53,232 nt of DNA from Candidatus Moraniibacteriota bacterium. Its GTDB lineage: Bacteria; Patescibacteriota; Minisyncoccia; Moranbacterales; GCA-2747515. A program made the position numbers and the translations under genes. Within the stretch, counting starts at the first letter, position 1; each line of letters opens with the position of its first letter. The notes under the pieces are model-generated. The model searched no databases and had not been told where the DNA came from. It saw only the letters and a program-made list of their open reading frames with translations. Positions 1-9,735 of the stretch are shown in pieces. Location: the NCBI GenBank assembly GCA_038208115.1, contig JBBQZC010000002.1, positions 1 through 53,232 of the forward strand, given 5' to 3'.

Positions 1-108
1 TTCATTGAGTTTTTGTGTGATGGGTTTGTACAAAAAAACACTTGCAACGAGTACAAATGTGATGATCGCGAATGAGACGATCAAAAGAGTTTTGTTTTTT
101 TGGTTCAT
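1..108 (-). CDS. N-terminal fragment of a membrane-anchored/secreted protein (runs off window start)
   Basis: ATG at 108 gives MNQKNKTLLIVSFAIITFVLVASVFLYKPITQKLNE, a basic N-terminus plus hydrophobic helix; frame open to the window edge. Confidence 0.6.
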   Translation of the reverse strand, partial: MNQKNKTLLIVSFAIITFVLVASVFLYKPITQKLNE

Positions 109-171
109 AGAGTTATTATTTTTATTTATGGGTTTATTATATCACATAAAAAAATTTTCGCAAAAAAATCC

Positions 172-903
172 TTACTTGAATTGTCCTCCAAATAAAATCG
201 CTGACACACTTGTTGCAAGATTAAGACTTGATACCCCTTTTTGCATTGGAATTGAAATAATGTGATCAGCTCGCTTCTTAAGATTTTCCGTTATACCATC
301 TCTTTCCGTACCAAAAATCAAAACTGCATTTTTTGCAATATATATTTCTTTCACATTCTCCCCATCAGCATCACATGCATAAACTTTACGATTTCCAGCA
401 ATGACGTCTACTGACGGCACGTGCAAAATCGGCAACGCCCACTGTAAACCTGCTCCGGCACGTATTGCCATCATATGCCATGGGCTGATTTCGCCACTGA
501 TAGCAACTGCGCCAGCTCCATATGCAGCGGCAACACGCACCACTGCACCCACATTATCAATATCGCGTGGATTTTCAATAAATATAATTTGCTTATCCAC
601 AATATCCGCAACTGTATATTGCGGTTTTTCTGCGATTGCGACCAGACCCGTACGTAACGAATCTGAAACAATCTCACTAAATACATGATAATCAATCTCT
701 ACTACTATTTCAGCCAATAAATTTACATCATCCTGTGAAGCAATTTTCTCCATCAAATCTAATACTCGTTTTTTATTATCTGTTACAACAGAAAGAAATT
801 TTGCTCCAAAACGAGATGCATGTTTGAATGCATGAATACCCTCCACTACAACAGTATCTTCTTTACCTTTTTTGGATTTTTCATATACCTCCTTAATATT
901 CAT
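172..903 (-). CDS. TrmH/SpoU family RNA 2'-O-methyltransferase
   Basis: SPOUT motifs ENPRDIDNVGAVVR, LIFGTERDG, ISIPMQKGVSSLNLATS; start moved to MNIKE (903) to avoid overlap with rlmH. Confidence 0.9.
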   Translation of the reverse strand: MNIKEVYEKSKKGKEDTVVVEGIHAFKHASRFGAKFLSVVTDNKKRVLDLMEKIASQDDVNLLAEIVVEIDYHVFSEIVSDSLRTGLVAIAEKPQYTVADIVDKQIIFIENPRDIDNVGAVVRVAAAYGAGAVAISGEISPWHMMAIRAGAGLQWALPILHVPSVDVIAGNRKVYACDADGENVKEIYIAKNAVLIFGTERDGITENLKKRADHIISIPMQKGVSSLNLATSVSAILFGGQFK

Positions 904-922
904 GATTTTTGACAATATTAAA

Positions 923-1354
923 TTAATCACGATGATATGGATGATTGACATTGATCATACTTGCTCGATACAACGCTTCAGAAAGGATAATCATGGCCAT
1001 GTCATGTGGAAAAGTAAGTTTGCTCATACTCCACAATGTCTGTGCACGCGATTTCATCAAAGCAGAATGTCCATCTGGTCCTCCAATCACAAAAAAAATT
1101 TCGCCAATACCGTGCACCGACTTTTCATTGAGAAATTTCGCCAACTCTCGACTCGTGAATTCCGTGCCATGTTCATCTAAAACGACACAATATGCATGAT
1201 CGATCACTTGCAAAACCTTTTCATCTGAAATTGCATCATTCAAATGTCTTACATTGATTTTATGATATCCTCCAAGTCTTTTAATGTACTCAGCAAAACC
1301 TAATTTTGCAAAAGGCAATTTTGGCTCTCCAATTGTAAGAATTGTTATTTTCAT
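923..1354 (-). CDS. rlmH: 23S rRNA (pseudouridine1915-N3)-methyltransferase
   Basis: MKITILTIG start, LDEHG, FVIGGPDG, SKLTFPHDMA, EALYRA, C-terminal HPYHRD. Confidence 0.95.
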   Translation of the reverse strand: MKITILTIGEPKLPFAKLGFAEYIKRLGGYHKINVRHLNDAISDEKVLQVIDHAYCVVLDEHGTEFTSRELAKFLNEKSVHGIGEIFFVIGGPDGHSALMKSRAQTLWSMSKLTFPHDMAMIILSEALYRASMINVNHPYHRD

Positions 1355-1422
1355 CTTTATATAATATCGCAATTACATAAAAAGTGAAAATTCAAGTTAA
1401 TTGTAGACCAAAAAACTGCGTA

Positions 1423-2613
1423 CTATAGAAGGATATTAGTGTTTTGTATTATTTTTTTATAAGTAAAAAAGCTTTTTCTCTTAATTCTCTTTCCTGCATC
1501 ACGATCAATTTCGATGAGACCAAATTTAAAATCATATCCACTATCCCATTCATAACTATCACATAAACTGTAGTGAAAATAACCTCGCACATCAGCCCCC
1601 TGTGCAATTGCACATTTCATTTGCTCAATACACTGCAAAAGAAATTTTTGCCGATCTCTATCATCAAAAACTTTTTCCGTTGGCTTGCCATTTTCAAGTA
1701 TGAAAATCGGCGTATTGAATTTTTTTGCATTTATAAGAACACGATACAAACCAATAGGAAAAATTTTCCACACGTCAGGATGATGCCAATCATTGGTTCC
1801 ATGGAAACCCCATTTACCGCCACTTTTACCAAAAAAGAATTGGTTGCTTGTATAATAATTAATTCCCAAAAAATCACTATATTTACGCAGGCGCTTAATA
1901 AAAAAAGTTACATTACAATAATTTTTAAAACCAAGATAAATTTTTTGTATAATCGTATCCTGTGCACCACTTTCATCGTTCCATAAATGAGTTGATCCAA
2001 CTGGCGTTTCTGGATACGTTTCTTTCCATATTACAAAAGTACGCCGATGTATCGCGATAAGATTTCTCGTAACACAATACGCCTTGATATAATCTTTATA
2101 AAAAGGCGGTCGACTCCCTGACAAATAGCCCGTACGCACATACACAGCTGGCTCATTAAGCACGACAACGATATCAATCCACTCACCCAATGCATCCCGC
2201 ATATACCGCACAAAATTTTCAAATTTTTTGACCACATCTGCTTGATGCATACCAAATTTTTCTTCACACCATATTGGAATACTCCAATGCCACAGACCCA
2301 CAACCGTCTGAATGTTCCGATCATGCAAATCTTGCAATATTTCTCTATAATGCGAAACTGCGTCTGCATCATACCGCCCTTCCTTAGGTTCAACTCGCGC
2401 CCATTCAATGGTAATGCGCAGAGCATTACAGCCAAGCTCTTCTACGTTAGCATGATCATCGTGATAATGATGCCAATAATCATTTGCTGCACCGATGTAC
2501 GGCACAAGACTGCGATGTGCCCATCGAGTCCAATTGCTTTGCGTATCATACCCCTCTGTTTGTGCACCGATATTAATCACGCCCCATAAAAATTTTTTTC
2601 GTTCTTTATACAT
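1423..2613 (-). CDS. Glycoside hydrolase family 1 (beta-glucosidase-like)
   Basis: QTEG, acid/base motif LNEP, nucleophile motif ILENG, GINYY, RGYFHYSLCDSYEW. Confidence 0.92.
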   Translation of the reverse strand: MYKERKKFLWGVINIGAQTEGYDTQSNWTRWAHRSLVPYIGAANDYWHHYHDDHANVEELGCNALRITIEWARVEPKEGRYDADAVSHYREILQDLHDRNIQTVVGLWHWSIPIWCEEKFGMHQADVVKKFENFVRYMRDALGEWIDIVVVLNEPAVYVRTGYLSGSRPPFYKDYIKAYCVTRNLIAIHRRTFVIWKETYPETPVGSTHLWNDESGAQDTIIQKIYLGFKNYCNVTFFIKRLRKYSDFLGINYYTSNQFFFGKSGGKWGFHGTNDWHHPDVWKIFPIGLYRVLINAKKFNTPIFILENGKPTEKVFDDRDRQKFLLQCIEQMKCAIAQGADVRGYFHYSLCDSYEWDSGYDFKFGLIEIDRDAGKRIKRKSFFTYKKIIQNTNILL

Positions 2614-2700
2614 CTATTATTTTTAAATAGTGACCTGTACATATATTGAGTATTACCGATACATGAGCATGATCAGTTTCTTCATGAGTTATCAACACCC

Positions 2701-2826
2701 TCACACCACGACAAATCTTTTTTGCTTCATTATGTGATCACGCTGTGGGCATTGAGAGCAATCCCGTTTGTTGCATAATCCAGAATGTACTACTTCCCAA
2801 TATTCTCTTACAATCACAGCATTCAT
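2701..2826 (-). CDS. Small (41 aa) Cys/His-containing ORF, possible metal-binding microprotein
   Basis: MNAVIVREYWEVVHSGLCNKRDCSQCPQRDHIMKQKRFVVV*, AGGA 6 nt upstream of the ATG, downstream of a consensus promoter. Confidence 0.4.
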   Translation of the reverse strand: MNAVIVREYWEVVHSGLCNKRDCSQCPQRDHIMKQKRFVVV

Positions 2827-2956
2827 CTAAAGTCCTGACTTTTTTTATCAAAACACAGTTGACATTATATAATTTTGACCCTCTTCATTTAAGGTTAATA
2901 TTGTTACTTAATGTAAACAATGATTATTAAATATCTGTTAATTCAAATCTATCACT

Positions 2957-2986
2957 ATTATAAAATTTGTCAATTAATACTGTCAA
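2957..2986 (-). promoter_or_regulatory. Sigma70-type promoter
   Basis: TTGACA-N18-TATAAT on the minus strand. Confidence 0.65.
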
Positions 2987-3000
2987 TTTTTAAGACAATC

Positions 3001-3029
3001 AAAAAAGACACCTTTCGGTGTCTTTTATT
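3001..3029 (-). terminator. Intrinsic terminator (possibly bidirectional)
   Basis: AAAAAAGACACC-TTTC-GGTGTCTTTT hairpin immediately after the stop of 3029..3859. Confidence 0.8.
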
Positions 3030-3859
3030 TAGTAATTCAAAGATAATAATTTTGTTTTGTGCACCTCATTTTCATGCACATCTTCCATTGCAACAATTTG
3101 ATTAAAGTACGTACTCACAGTACCTACCCATCGCTGCACACTTTCTGGAGAATGTTGTGCGCAACTATCTCCACATTTCCAAGGTGTCACCATTTTTGCA
3201 GGTGTGTCTCGTTTTGTATCATATACAAAATGATTAAGACGTTTTGCGATTGTTTCCACTGCCTCTGCAGGAGAACCAAAACACGCATATCCCATAGATT
3301 GTCCACGTGTGCCAGATGATTTATACCCCCAGTAGTTATAGCAATCCACGCCACTCTTAGTTGGTGCATGCACGCCCCATTGACTTTCTTGTCGTGCAAT
3401 ACCCACAATCAGTCCAGCAACCTTTTTATCTTGCAAAGCAATATGTTCAGCCATCACCTCCATTGGATGATCTTTGAGCATTACTGCTAATTCCTGAGCA
3501 AAATGATCTTCTTCTGGCACTTCTACGAGTATCTTTCCTTCAAGACTTAACTGCTGGCATTCTTGATCAACATCCACAAGAGCAATTTTTCCATTCTGCA
3601 CATTGAACATGTCCTTACCAAATACGCATGCAGTATACCTTTGCAAATTCGCAGTTGCCACAGGCTTACTCTCATCAACAGTCGATGACGCATTACCAAC
3701 AACATAAAAACCACTCGCGATTACTACAGCCAATCCTGTAATGACAAAGTATGCATATTTTTTTGTGTATGTACGAATCATGTGTAGCGATGTTGTTAAC
3801 ATCTTAAGCGCCTCTACACGAAGACGCGACATCAGTAACGGTTCTTCATTTATAACCAT
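3029..3859 (-). CDS. Membrane-anchored protein with C-terminal lysozyme/glucosaminidase-like domain
   Basis: Single TM; GIARQESQWG...DCYNYWGY...YACF motif resembles lysozyme-fold peptidoglycan hydrolases; paralog at 15226..16494. Confidence 0.6.
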   Translation of the reverse strand: MVINEEPLLMSRLRVEALKMLTTSLHMIRTYTKKYAYFVITGLAVVIASGFYVVGNASSTVDESKPVATANLQRYTACVFGKDMFNVQNGKIALVDVDQECQQLSLEGKILVEVPEEDHFAQELAVMLKDHPMEVMAEHIALQDKKVAGLIVGIARQESQWGVHAPTKSGVDCYNYWGYKSSGTRGQSMGYACFGSPAEAVETIAKRLNHFVYDTKRDTPAKMVTPWKCGDSCAQHSPESVQRWVGTVSTYFNQIVAMEDVHENEVHKTKLLSLNY

Positions 3860-3993
3860 ACGTTATTTTACGAATAAAACCCCTTTTTTGAGACTTGCTA
3901 AGTAACAAATGTGCGTGTTCATAAAAAAACACACGTAGGAACAAGTGTACTACATATAATCAAAAAGTCAATGAATCTTATCCACAGAAATAC

Positions 3994-4022
3994 AAAAAAC
4001 CCTTTGCTACTGAGGGTTTTTC
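3994..4022 (-). terminator. Probable intrinsic terminator
   Basis: AAAAACCCT-N9-AGGGTTTTT inverted repeat downstream of the photolyase/DUF2103-like pair. Confidence 0.5.
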
Positions 4023-4087
4023 TATTTTTCCAAAAAATTTTTCACGCACCCAAATCATCTATTTGTTTCAAAAAATCACGATGAAAT

Positions 4088-4399
4088 TCACCGTGATTCC
4101 TTACATAACATTTTAAATTTCATCTGAAAATCATCTTTTACTTTTTCAATATTCTTTGAAAAAACTCTAATTTCTTGCACACTCGCACTTCCGCGCACTT
4201 TAACAAAAAGGCAACCTGATTCTTCCCGGACTTTTGCACGTTGCGGGGCTGTGCCTATACCCATTTTAATATGTCCTGCGATGATATTTGTCACATCAGG
4301 ATGCTTCAAAAGATAATCAATGATTGGCTTTGATGCATCAATTACCGTTGTATGTTTACCCCCCATTTTTCCACCACTACGATGATTTTTATTACTCAT
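4088..4399 (-). CDS. DUF2103-like small basic protein
   Basis: GGKMGGKHTTVID N-terminus and KVRGSASVQEIRV resemble DUF2103; 4-bp overlap with the photolyase stop. Confidence 0.55.
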   Translation of the reverse strand: MSNKNHRSGGKMGGKHTTVIDASKPIIDYLLKHPDVTNIIAGHIKMGIGTAPQRAKVREESGCLFVKVRGSASVQEIRVFSKNIEKVKDDFQMKFKMLCKESR

Positions 4400-5724
4400 A
4401 AATTCCTTTTTAATGCTTTTTTGTATACAAGAAATACACGTTCTCTCGCAAAGCGATGCTCAACAATTGGCTTTGGATACTGCTCAGTGTTCAATTCTGG
4501 TAACCATTTCTTTATATATACACTATCTGGATCAAATTTTTTTAATTGGATTTTTGGATTAAATATCCGAAAATACGGAGCTGCATCACACCCACTCCCT
4601 GCTGCCCATTGCCAATTACCCACATTTGATGCTAGCTCAAAATCCAACAGGTATCTGGCAAAATATCTCTCTCCCCATCTCCAATCAATAAGCAGGTGTT
4701 TACATAAAAATGATGCTGCAACCATGCGCACACGATTATGCATATGTCCTGTTGCACGCAGCTCACGCATGCCAGCATCCACAAGTGGATACCCTGTTTT
4801 TCCTTCACACCATGCCATAAAATCTTTTTTGTTATTATTCCATACGATATAATCGTATGGAACTTTAAATGATTTTTGAGTTGTCTTTGGATAATAAAAA
4901 ATAATCATTTGAAAGAAATTCCTCCAAATTAATTCATATAAAAAAGTTTTATCGTGAGATTCTGCTGCCTTACGGGCAATTTCGCGAATACTCACAATTC
5001 CAAAACGGAGATATGGTCCAATGCGCGATGTGCCATGTTCATCACTCGGATATTCCCGTGATTGATTATAGTTTTCCAAAAAAGTTTCATCAATGCGGTA
5101 TTTTGACGCACGGATATGAGAACGTATAAATCCCATGTTTTTTAATTTTATCCACTTTAATGGCTTTTTAATTTTTATAAGATGTGCAAGATAGTCCTCT
5201 GAAGGAAAAATACTATATGGCATTAATTCCTCTGCCATATCAAGCCATTTCTTTTTATACGGAGTATACACAACATACGGCGTGTTATCATTTTTTTTAA
5301 TCTCATCTGGAGCAAATAGTACATGATCTTTATAACACTGAAATACACCATTGTTTATTTCAATTATTTTCTTAATTTTTTTATCTCGCAATCGTGCATA
5401 TGGTTCATAATCTTCATTGACATATACTGAGAGCACGTCATGTTCTTTTGCTAACAAAATAAAAATATCTTCTGGATTTCCATAAAATATGCGTAAATCA
5501 CTTCCATTTTTTTGTAAATCACTTTTTAATTGTAAAACGGCATCGTAAATAAAAGTGACGCGCGCATCATCTTTTTCAAGAAAATCCAAAATATTCCTAT
5601 CAAAAATAAAAATTGACACCACGTGCACATGCTTTTTGAGCGCAAAGTATAGTGCAGTATTATCATACAATCGTAAATCACGACGAAACCACATGACCAC
5701 TTGTTCCTTCGTTTTCTTATTCAT
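4396..5724 (-). CDS. phrB: Deoxyribodipyrimidine photolyase
   Basis: WFRRDLRLYDN, TSRIGPYLRFG, ELIWRNFF, GKTGYPLVDAGMREL, MHNRVRM, NVGNWQW, PYFRIFNP; start moved to MNKKTK (5724). Confidence 0.95.
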   Translation of the reverse strand: MNKKTKEQVVMWFRRDLRLYDNTALYFALKKHVHVVSIFIFDRNILDFLEKDDARVTFIYDAVLQLKSDLQKNGSDLRIFYGNPEDIFILLAKEHDVLSVYVNEDYEPYARLRDKKIKKIIEINNGVFQCYKDHVLFAPDEIKKNDNTPYVVYTPYKKKWLDMAEELMPYSIFPSEDYLAHLIKIKKPLKWIKLKNMGFIRSHIRASKYRIDETFLENYNQSREYPSDEHGTSRIGPYLRFGIVSIREIARKAAESHDKTFLYELIWRNFFQMIIFYYPKTTQKSFKVPYDYIVWNNNKKDFMAWCEGKTGYPLVDAGMRELRATGHMHNRVRMVAASFLCKHLLIDWRWGERYFARYLLDFELASNVGNWQWAAGSGCDAAPYFRIFNPKIQLKKFDPDSVYIKKWLPELNTEQYPKPIVEHRFARERVFLVYKKALKRNL

Positions 5725-5762
5725 AAAGCAATGCAATACTATTGCCAATAAATCACTATTAT

Positions 5763-6113
5763 TTACGTTAAATCGATCGGAAAGTCTAATTGTTCTGATG
5801 GAATACCTTGTGCCAAACCATAGCGTACAGCCGGCTCCCACGACGTTAAATCGTCATGTGCAAGCATAAATGTTTTATCATGAAAAACCACAACCACATC
5901 ATTTCCCCGCCAAAAATGCATATACCACCCAGGCTTGATCTGCTGTGAAAGATTTCCTATATCCTGCAATGACACGTGAACGGTATAAAGATGCCATCGA
6001 CTTACAGGATCTTCATCACCCGAAATATGCATAGACACCACATCCATCGCATTCATTATACGATTATCCTCGAGACTTTCCTCGATGATTGTCCCCTTAT
6101 AATCCTTAATCAT
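5763..6113 (-). CDS. Hypothetical protein
   Basis: 116-aa ORF co-oriented with its neighbours, protein-like composition (WYMHFW, GIPSEQLDF). Confidence 0.75.
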   Translation of the reverse strand: MIKDYKGTIIEESLEDNRIMNAMDVVSMHISGDEDPVSRWHLYTVHVSLQDIGNLSQQIKPGWYMHFWRGNDVVVVFHDKTFMLAHDDLTSWEPAVRYGLAQGIPSEQLDFPIDLT

Positions 6114-6185
6114 ACAACTATCATTTAATGAAATTATACCCGCTCTCTGCGACCAATTGAAATGCTTTTTGATCGCTTTGAATTT

Positions 6186-6565
6186 TCATGATAAATTTTT
6201 TTTTGATATCATATTTGCAATACGCTCAAAATGTTTTGAGGGAAGATTATATGTCAACTTTTCTGGATGAAAATATTCAATAGCATTCACCTCATCTCTA
6301 TATCTGAGTATACCACATGCTTTTTGCATAAAAAAGAAAATATGACATCATTTTTCTTTTTTTACAATACACACCGACTAATCGCACAATTTCAACATCC
6401 AAAACCTATCTCCTCTCGCACTTCACACACAACGCATTCCCACAGTGTTTTGCACTACCCTACCATTCCTCCAGGCAAATCCCACATGTCCATATCACTT
6501 CTGTAACATAATAGCACAGTATCATTTTCATCAAAGATAATTCCGAACGCACCCATTGTAAGCAT
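6186..6565 (-). pseudogene. Degraded NUDIX hydrolase
   Basis: MLTMGAFGIIFDENDTVLLCYRSDMDMWDLPGGMVG*CKTLWECVVCEVREEIG: Nudix box with in-frame TAG at 6455-6457; continues in shifted frames as LDVEIVRLVGVYCKKEKNDVIFSFLC and then DEVNAIEYFHPEKL. Confidence 0.75.
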
Positions 6566-6607
6566 ACTTTTTTAATTTATACACACTACATAACTCCATT
6601 ATACTAG

Positions 6608-6640
6608 AAAAGCAGTATATGTCATTCATATACTGCTTTT
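6608..6640 (-). terminator. Intrinsic terminator of the Ehr-like operon
   Basis: Perfect 14-bp inverted repeat AAAAGCAGTATATG-TCATT-CATATACTGCTTTT 8 nt after the stop at 6649. Confidence 0.75.
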
Positions 6641-6648
6641 ACTGCATT

Positions 6649-8208
6649 TTATAGATCTGTTCCTGAATATGAAAGATTCAAGCTTTTATTGATCAGTGGA
6701 AAATCTGGCACGATATTCCCTGGTCCCATGATTCCAAATAATGCCCAGTTACAAAATGACGGATCACGTGGAAAACAACGTTCTATCAGACCATTTTTGA
6801 TTTGCACAGCACATACAATCTCCCCACGCCAAGATTCGACGACTCCAATCGCAAAACCATCTTTCACCACATATTTACCACAAACGGGCCCGTCATTGAT
6901 ATGTAAAATAAGTTTTTCTAGAAGAATAACCGATTGTTCAATTTCTTTGATACGCATACGAAATCTCGCAAATACATCATGACTTTTCTTCGTGATTACT
7001 GTAATGGGGTATTCCTTATATGCTGCATACGGATGATCTCGTCGCACGTCTCGATTGATTTCAGACGCGCGTGCAGGCAAACCTACTGCTCCAAAAGCCT
7101 TTGCAGCTTCATACGGCAATTCTCCTGTATACTGTAATCGATCTAAAAAGCCTTCACTATCTAGAGCAATGATCATAATATCGTTTATTTCTTTCCATGC
7201 AGTTTGCACAGTAGTTAATGCATTTTTCAAATCATGCTGTGAAATATCTACACAAACTCCACCTGGTACAATCATACCTCTCCAAAAACGATTTCCGCAC
7301 ATTTTTTCAGAAAGACGCATCATGCGTTCTTTGATGCGAAAACCGTTTGCAGCAATAAAACTATAACCCGTGCCCATACCCCCCATATTTGCGAGATCAT
7401 GAATATGCATGGTAATCCTCTCACATTCTGTAATAATCATACGAAGCATATGTGCCCTTTGTGGTACTCCGACATCATTTATTTTTTCCAGAGCCACACA
7501 ATATGCCAAAGCATGTGATGCACTTGCATCACCAGAAATTCTCTCAATAAATGGAAGCCCTTCCTCAATGGTCTTACCTTCCAATAATTTTTCTACTCCC
7601 TTATGTGTAAAAAATAACTTTCCTTCCAAGGTAATTATTCTCTCTCCTGCAACATTAAATCGAAAATGACCCGGTTCAATAATGCCAGCATGGATCGGAC
7701 CAACAGGAATCTCAAAAATACCTTCTCCCTCTACATGATGCATTGGATATGGCACGTGATCCTTTGAAAGTATAGTGTTCCATTTAAAATCTTTGCGAAG
7801 TGGAAATATATTTTCTGGATAATTTTCATGCAGCACGAGTCGACGTAAATCCGGATGACCTATTGGGACAATGCCGAGTAAGTCATTCATATACCGTTCA
7901 TACCAATGTGCTGCCATAATCGTGCGAGTCAGAGATGGATAGCATGGATCGACAGCGGAAACTGTTGCAGACAATTTGACCCACATGTTTTCTGCGTCAA
8001 CCGAAAAAATAGCGTGCACTCCAAAATAGCCAGAATCATTCCTCTCATCAGTTCCAAACAACAAGGAGAGTGGCAATGCATGATCATTCACCAAAATTGT
8101 CGAAATCATTGCGAGATCTTCAGAAGAAACTGATGCACTGATCATGTCTGGTGTCTCAGTTATATTCTGTATTTCGTTATATTTTCTAAGGATTGTCTTA
8201 ATAGTCAT
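6649..8208 (-). CDS. Ehr-type large subunit (HyfG/HycE-like NuoC-NuoD fusion) lacking NiFe-binding cysteines
   Basis: AAHWYER...GHPDLRRL (NuoC part), PVGPIHAGIIEPGHFRF, HKGVEK; L1 site ERISGDASASH and C-terminus DFPLINKSLNLSYSGTDL contain no CxxC. Confidence 0.9.
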   Translation of the reverse strand: MTIKTILRKYNEIQNITETPDMISASVSSEDLAMISTILVNDHALPLSLLFGTDERNDSGYFGVHAIFSVDAENMWVKLSATVSAVDPCYPSLTRTIMAAHWYERYMNDLLGIVPIGHPDLRRLVLHENYPENIFPLRKDFKWNTILSKDHVPYPMHHVEGEGIFEIPVGPIHAGIIEPGHFRFNVAGERIITLEGKLFFTHKGVEKLLEGKTIEEGLPFIERISGDASASHALAYCVALEKINDVGVPQRAHMLRMIITECERITMHIHDLANMGGMGTGYSFIAANGFRIKERMMRLSEKMCGNRFWRGMIVPGGVCVDISQHDLKNALTTVQTAWKEINDIMIIALDSEGFLDRLQYTGELPYEAAKAFGAVGLPARASEINRDVRRDHPYAAYKEYPITVITKKSHDVFARFRMRIKEIEQSVILLEKLILHINDGPVCGKYVVKDGFAIGVVESWRGEIVCAVQIKNGLIERCFPRDPSFCNWALFGIMGPGNIVPDFPLINKSLNLSYSGTDL

Positions 8209-8231
8209 AATTCTTGTATCAACTTAATATT

Positions 8232-9707
8232 CTATGTAATATATAAAAAATCATGCACGATTGCATTAATCACATGCACACCCCTATCCGTTGTAAACCA
8301 AAATGCCATGGCAATAATGATCACAAATTCTACTGCCATGATGGTATGCGTGATTTGCCATTTTTCTCTTCTGCCTTTATTTTGACAATCGTCTTTTTTG
8401 CAAAAGATCATATTGATCGTGAGTGAAAGCATGCCATAAGCAATCACGCTAAGTGCAACAAGCATGCAAATTGCAGTCTTTGGATAAAAAGTGATCGCCT
8501 GCGCAAACAGACCAAATTCACTAACAAAAAGTGCTGAGGGTGGTATGGCAAGAATCATGATTATGCCACATACAAAAAGCGCACTTGTATATTTCAGACG
8601 TATCGACATATTCGTAACCTTTGGAATTTTTGTCGTCTTAAATGCAATCAATATCTCGCCTGCTCCAAAAAACAATGCTGATTTCGCAAAAGTATGTCCA
8701 ATCATATGCATTACACCTGCTGCTGCGGCTAAAGGAGAAAGTCCAAATGCAAATAATATGAGTCCCATATGTTCGATACTCGAATACGCCAACATGCGCT
8801 TATAATTTGATTGGATCAATATCATGAACGCAGACAAAAAGATCGACAAAGCTCCAAAAATCAAAAAAAGATGATTTGTCCATGTCGAATCAACGAGTCC
8901 GGCATCTGCGACATATTTAAAACGCACGATGGCATAAAGAGCCACATTTAGTAATACAGCCGAAAATATGGCAGATATTGGCGATGGTGCCTTACTGTGT
9001 GCATCTGGCAACCATGTGTGCATCGGCACTAATCCTACTTTTGTACCAAAACCAATAAAAATAAATACGAATGATAACTTAATAATGTTTTCTGGTATAA
9101 TATGAGCGTTTTCAATGAGTGAACGAATAAGGAATATATCGCCCCCATGCAATCCACCAACATGTGCTCCATAGCTCAATAACAATAATCCTACAAGACC
9201 CAAGCTGATACCAGTCGAACATAGAATCATATATTTCCATGCTGCTTCAATACTTGTTTTTTTAAGATACAATCCAACCAAAAAAGTAGAGAAGAGTGTT
9301 GTGCCTTCTAATGCTAACCATAGAATTAACAAATTATTTGTTAGCACTGTCACAATCATACATGCTACAAATAAATGAAAAAGTGTAAAATAGATTTTAA
9401 CTTGTTTAAGTGAAACAATTTTTTCTGTAAATTCATGACCGATATATCTCACACTCACAACGAGAGATGTCATATACACAAATGTAATTAGTAAAACAAT
9501 AAGTCCTGAAAAGCCATCTATCATCCACCATGCATTCACCCATCGAACCTGAGCGTGCAAAACAAAAGGCACAGAATACAAAATAAGTAATGTGCTCCCA
9601 AAAACGGTAAAAAAAACACTACTCAAATATATAAATCTTTCCGTTTTTGCAAAGAAAGAACATGTAGCCGCTATTATGAATGGTAGTAAGAAAAAGACAG
9701 GATTCAT
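8232..9707 (-). CDS. HyfF-like proton-translocating antiporter-type membrane subunit
   Basis: LWLALEGTTL, EAAWKY, GFGTKVGLVPMHTWLPDAHSKAPSPISA, KRMLAYSSIEHMG; start moved to MNPVFF (9707). Confidence 0.9.
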   Translation of the reverse strand: MNPVFFLLPFIIAATCSFFAKTERFIYLSSVFFTVFGSTLLILYSVPFVLHAQVRWVNAWWMIDGFSGLIVLLITFVYMTSLVVSVRYIGHEFTEKIVSLKQVKIYFTLFHLFVACMIVTVLTNNLLILWLALEGTTLFSTFLVGLYLKKTSIEAAWKYMILCSTGISLGLVGLLLLSYGAHVGGLHGGDIFLIRSLIENAHIIPENIIKLSFVFIFIGFGTKVGLVPMHTWLPDAHSKAPSPISAIFSAVLLNVALYAIVRFKYVADAGLVDSTWTNHLFLIFGALSIFLSAFMILIQSNYKRMLAYSSIEHMGLILFAFGLSPLAAAAGVMHMIGHTFAKSALFFGAGEILIAFKTTKIPKVTNMSIRLKYTSALFVCGIIMILAIPPSALFVSEFGLFAQAITFYPKTAICMLVALSVIAYGMLSLTINMIFCKKDDCQNKGRREKWQITHTIMAVEFVIIIAMAFWFTTDRGVHVINAIVHDFLYIT

Positions 9708-9735
9708 ATAATCTAATATTAATGATGCAAAAAAA

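Noticed and set aside
3978-3986. DnaA boxes (TTATCCACA) here and at 49060, plus copies inside CDSs
   Set aside because: Isolated boxes with no cluster and no dnaA/dnaN nearby, so not evidence for oriC.
6455-6457. In-frame TAG as possible stop-codon recoding
   Set aside because: It is accompanied by frameshifts, and other genes are intact under code 11 and end in TAG/TGA; decay is the simpler explanation.
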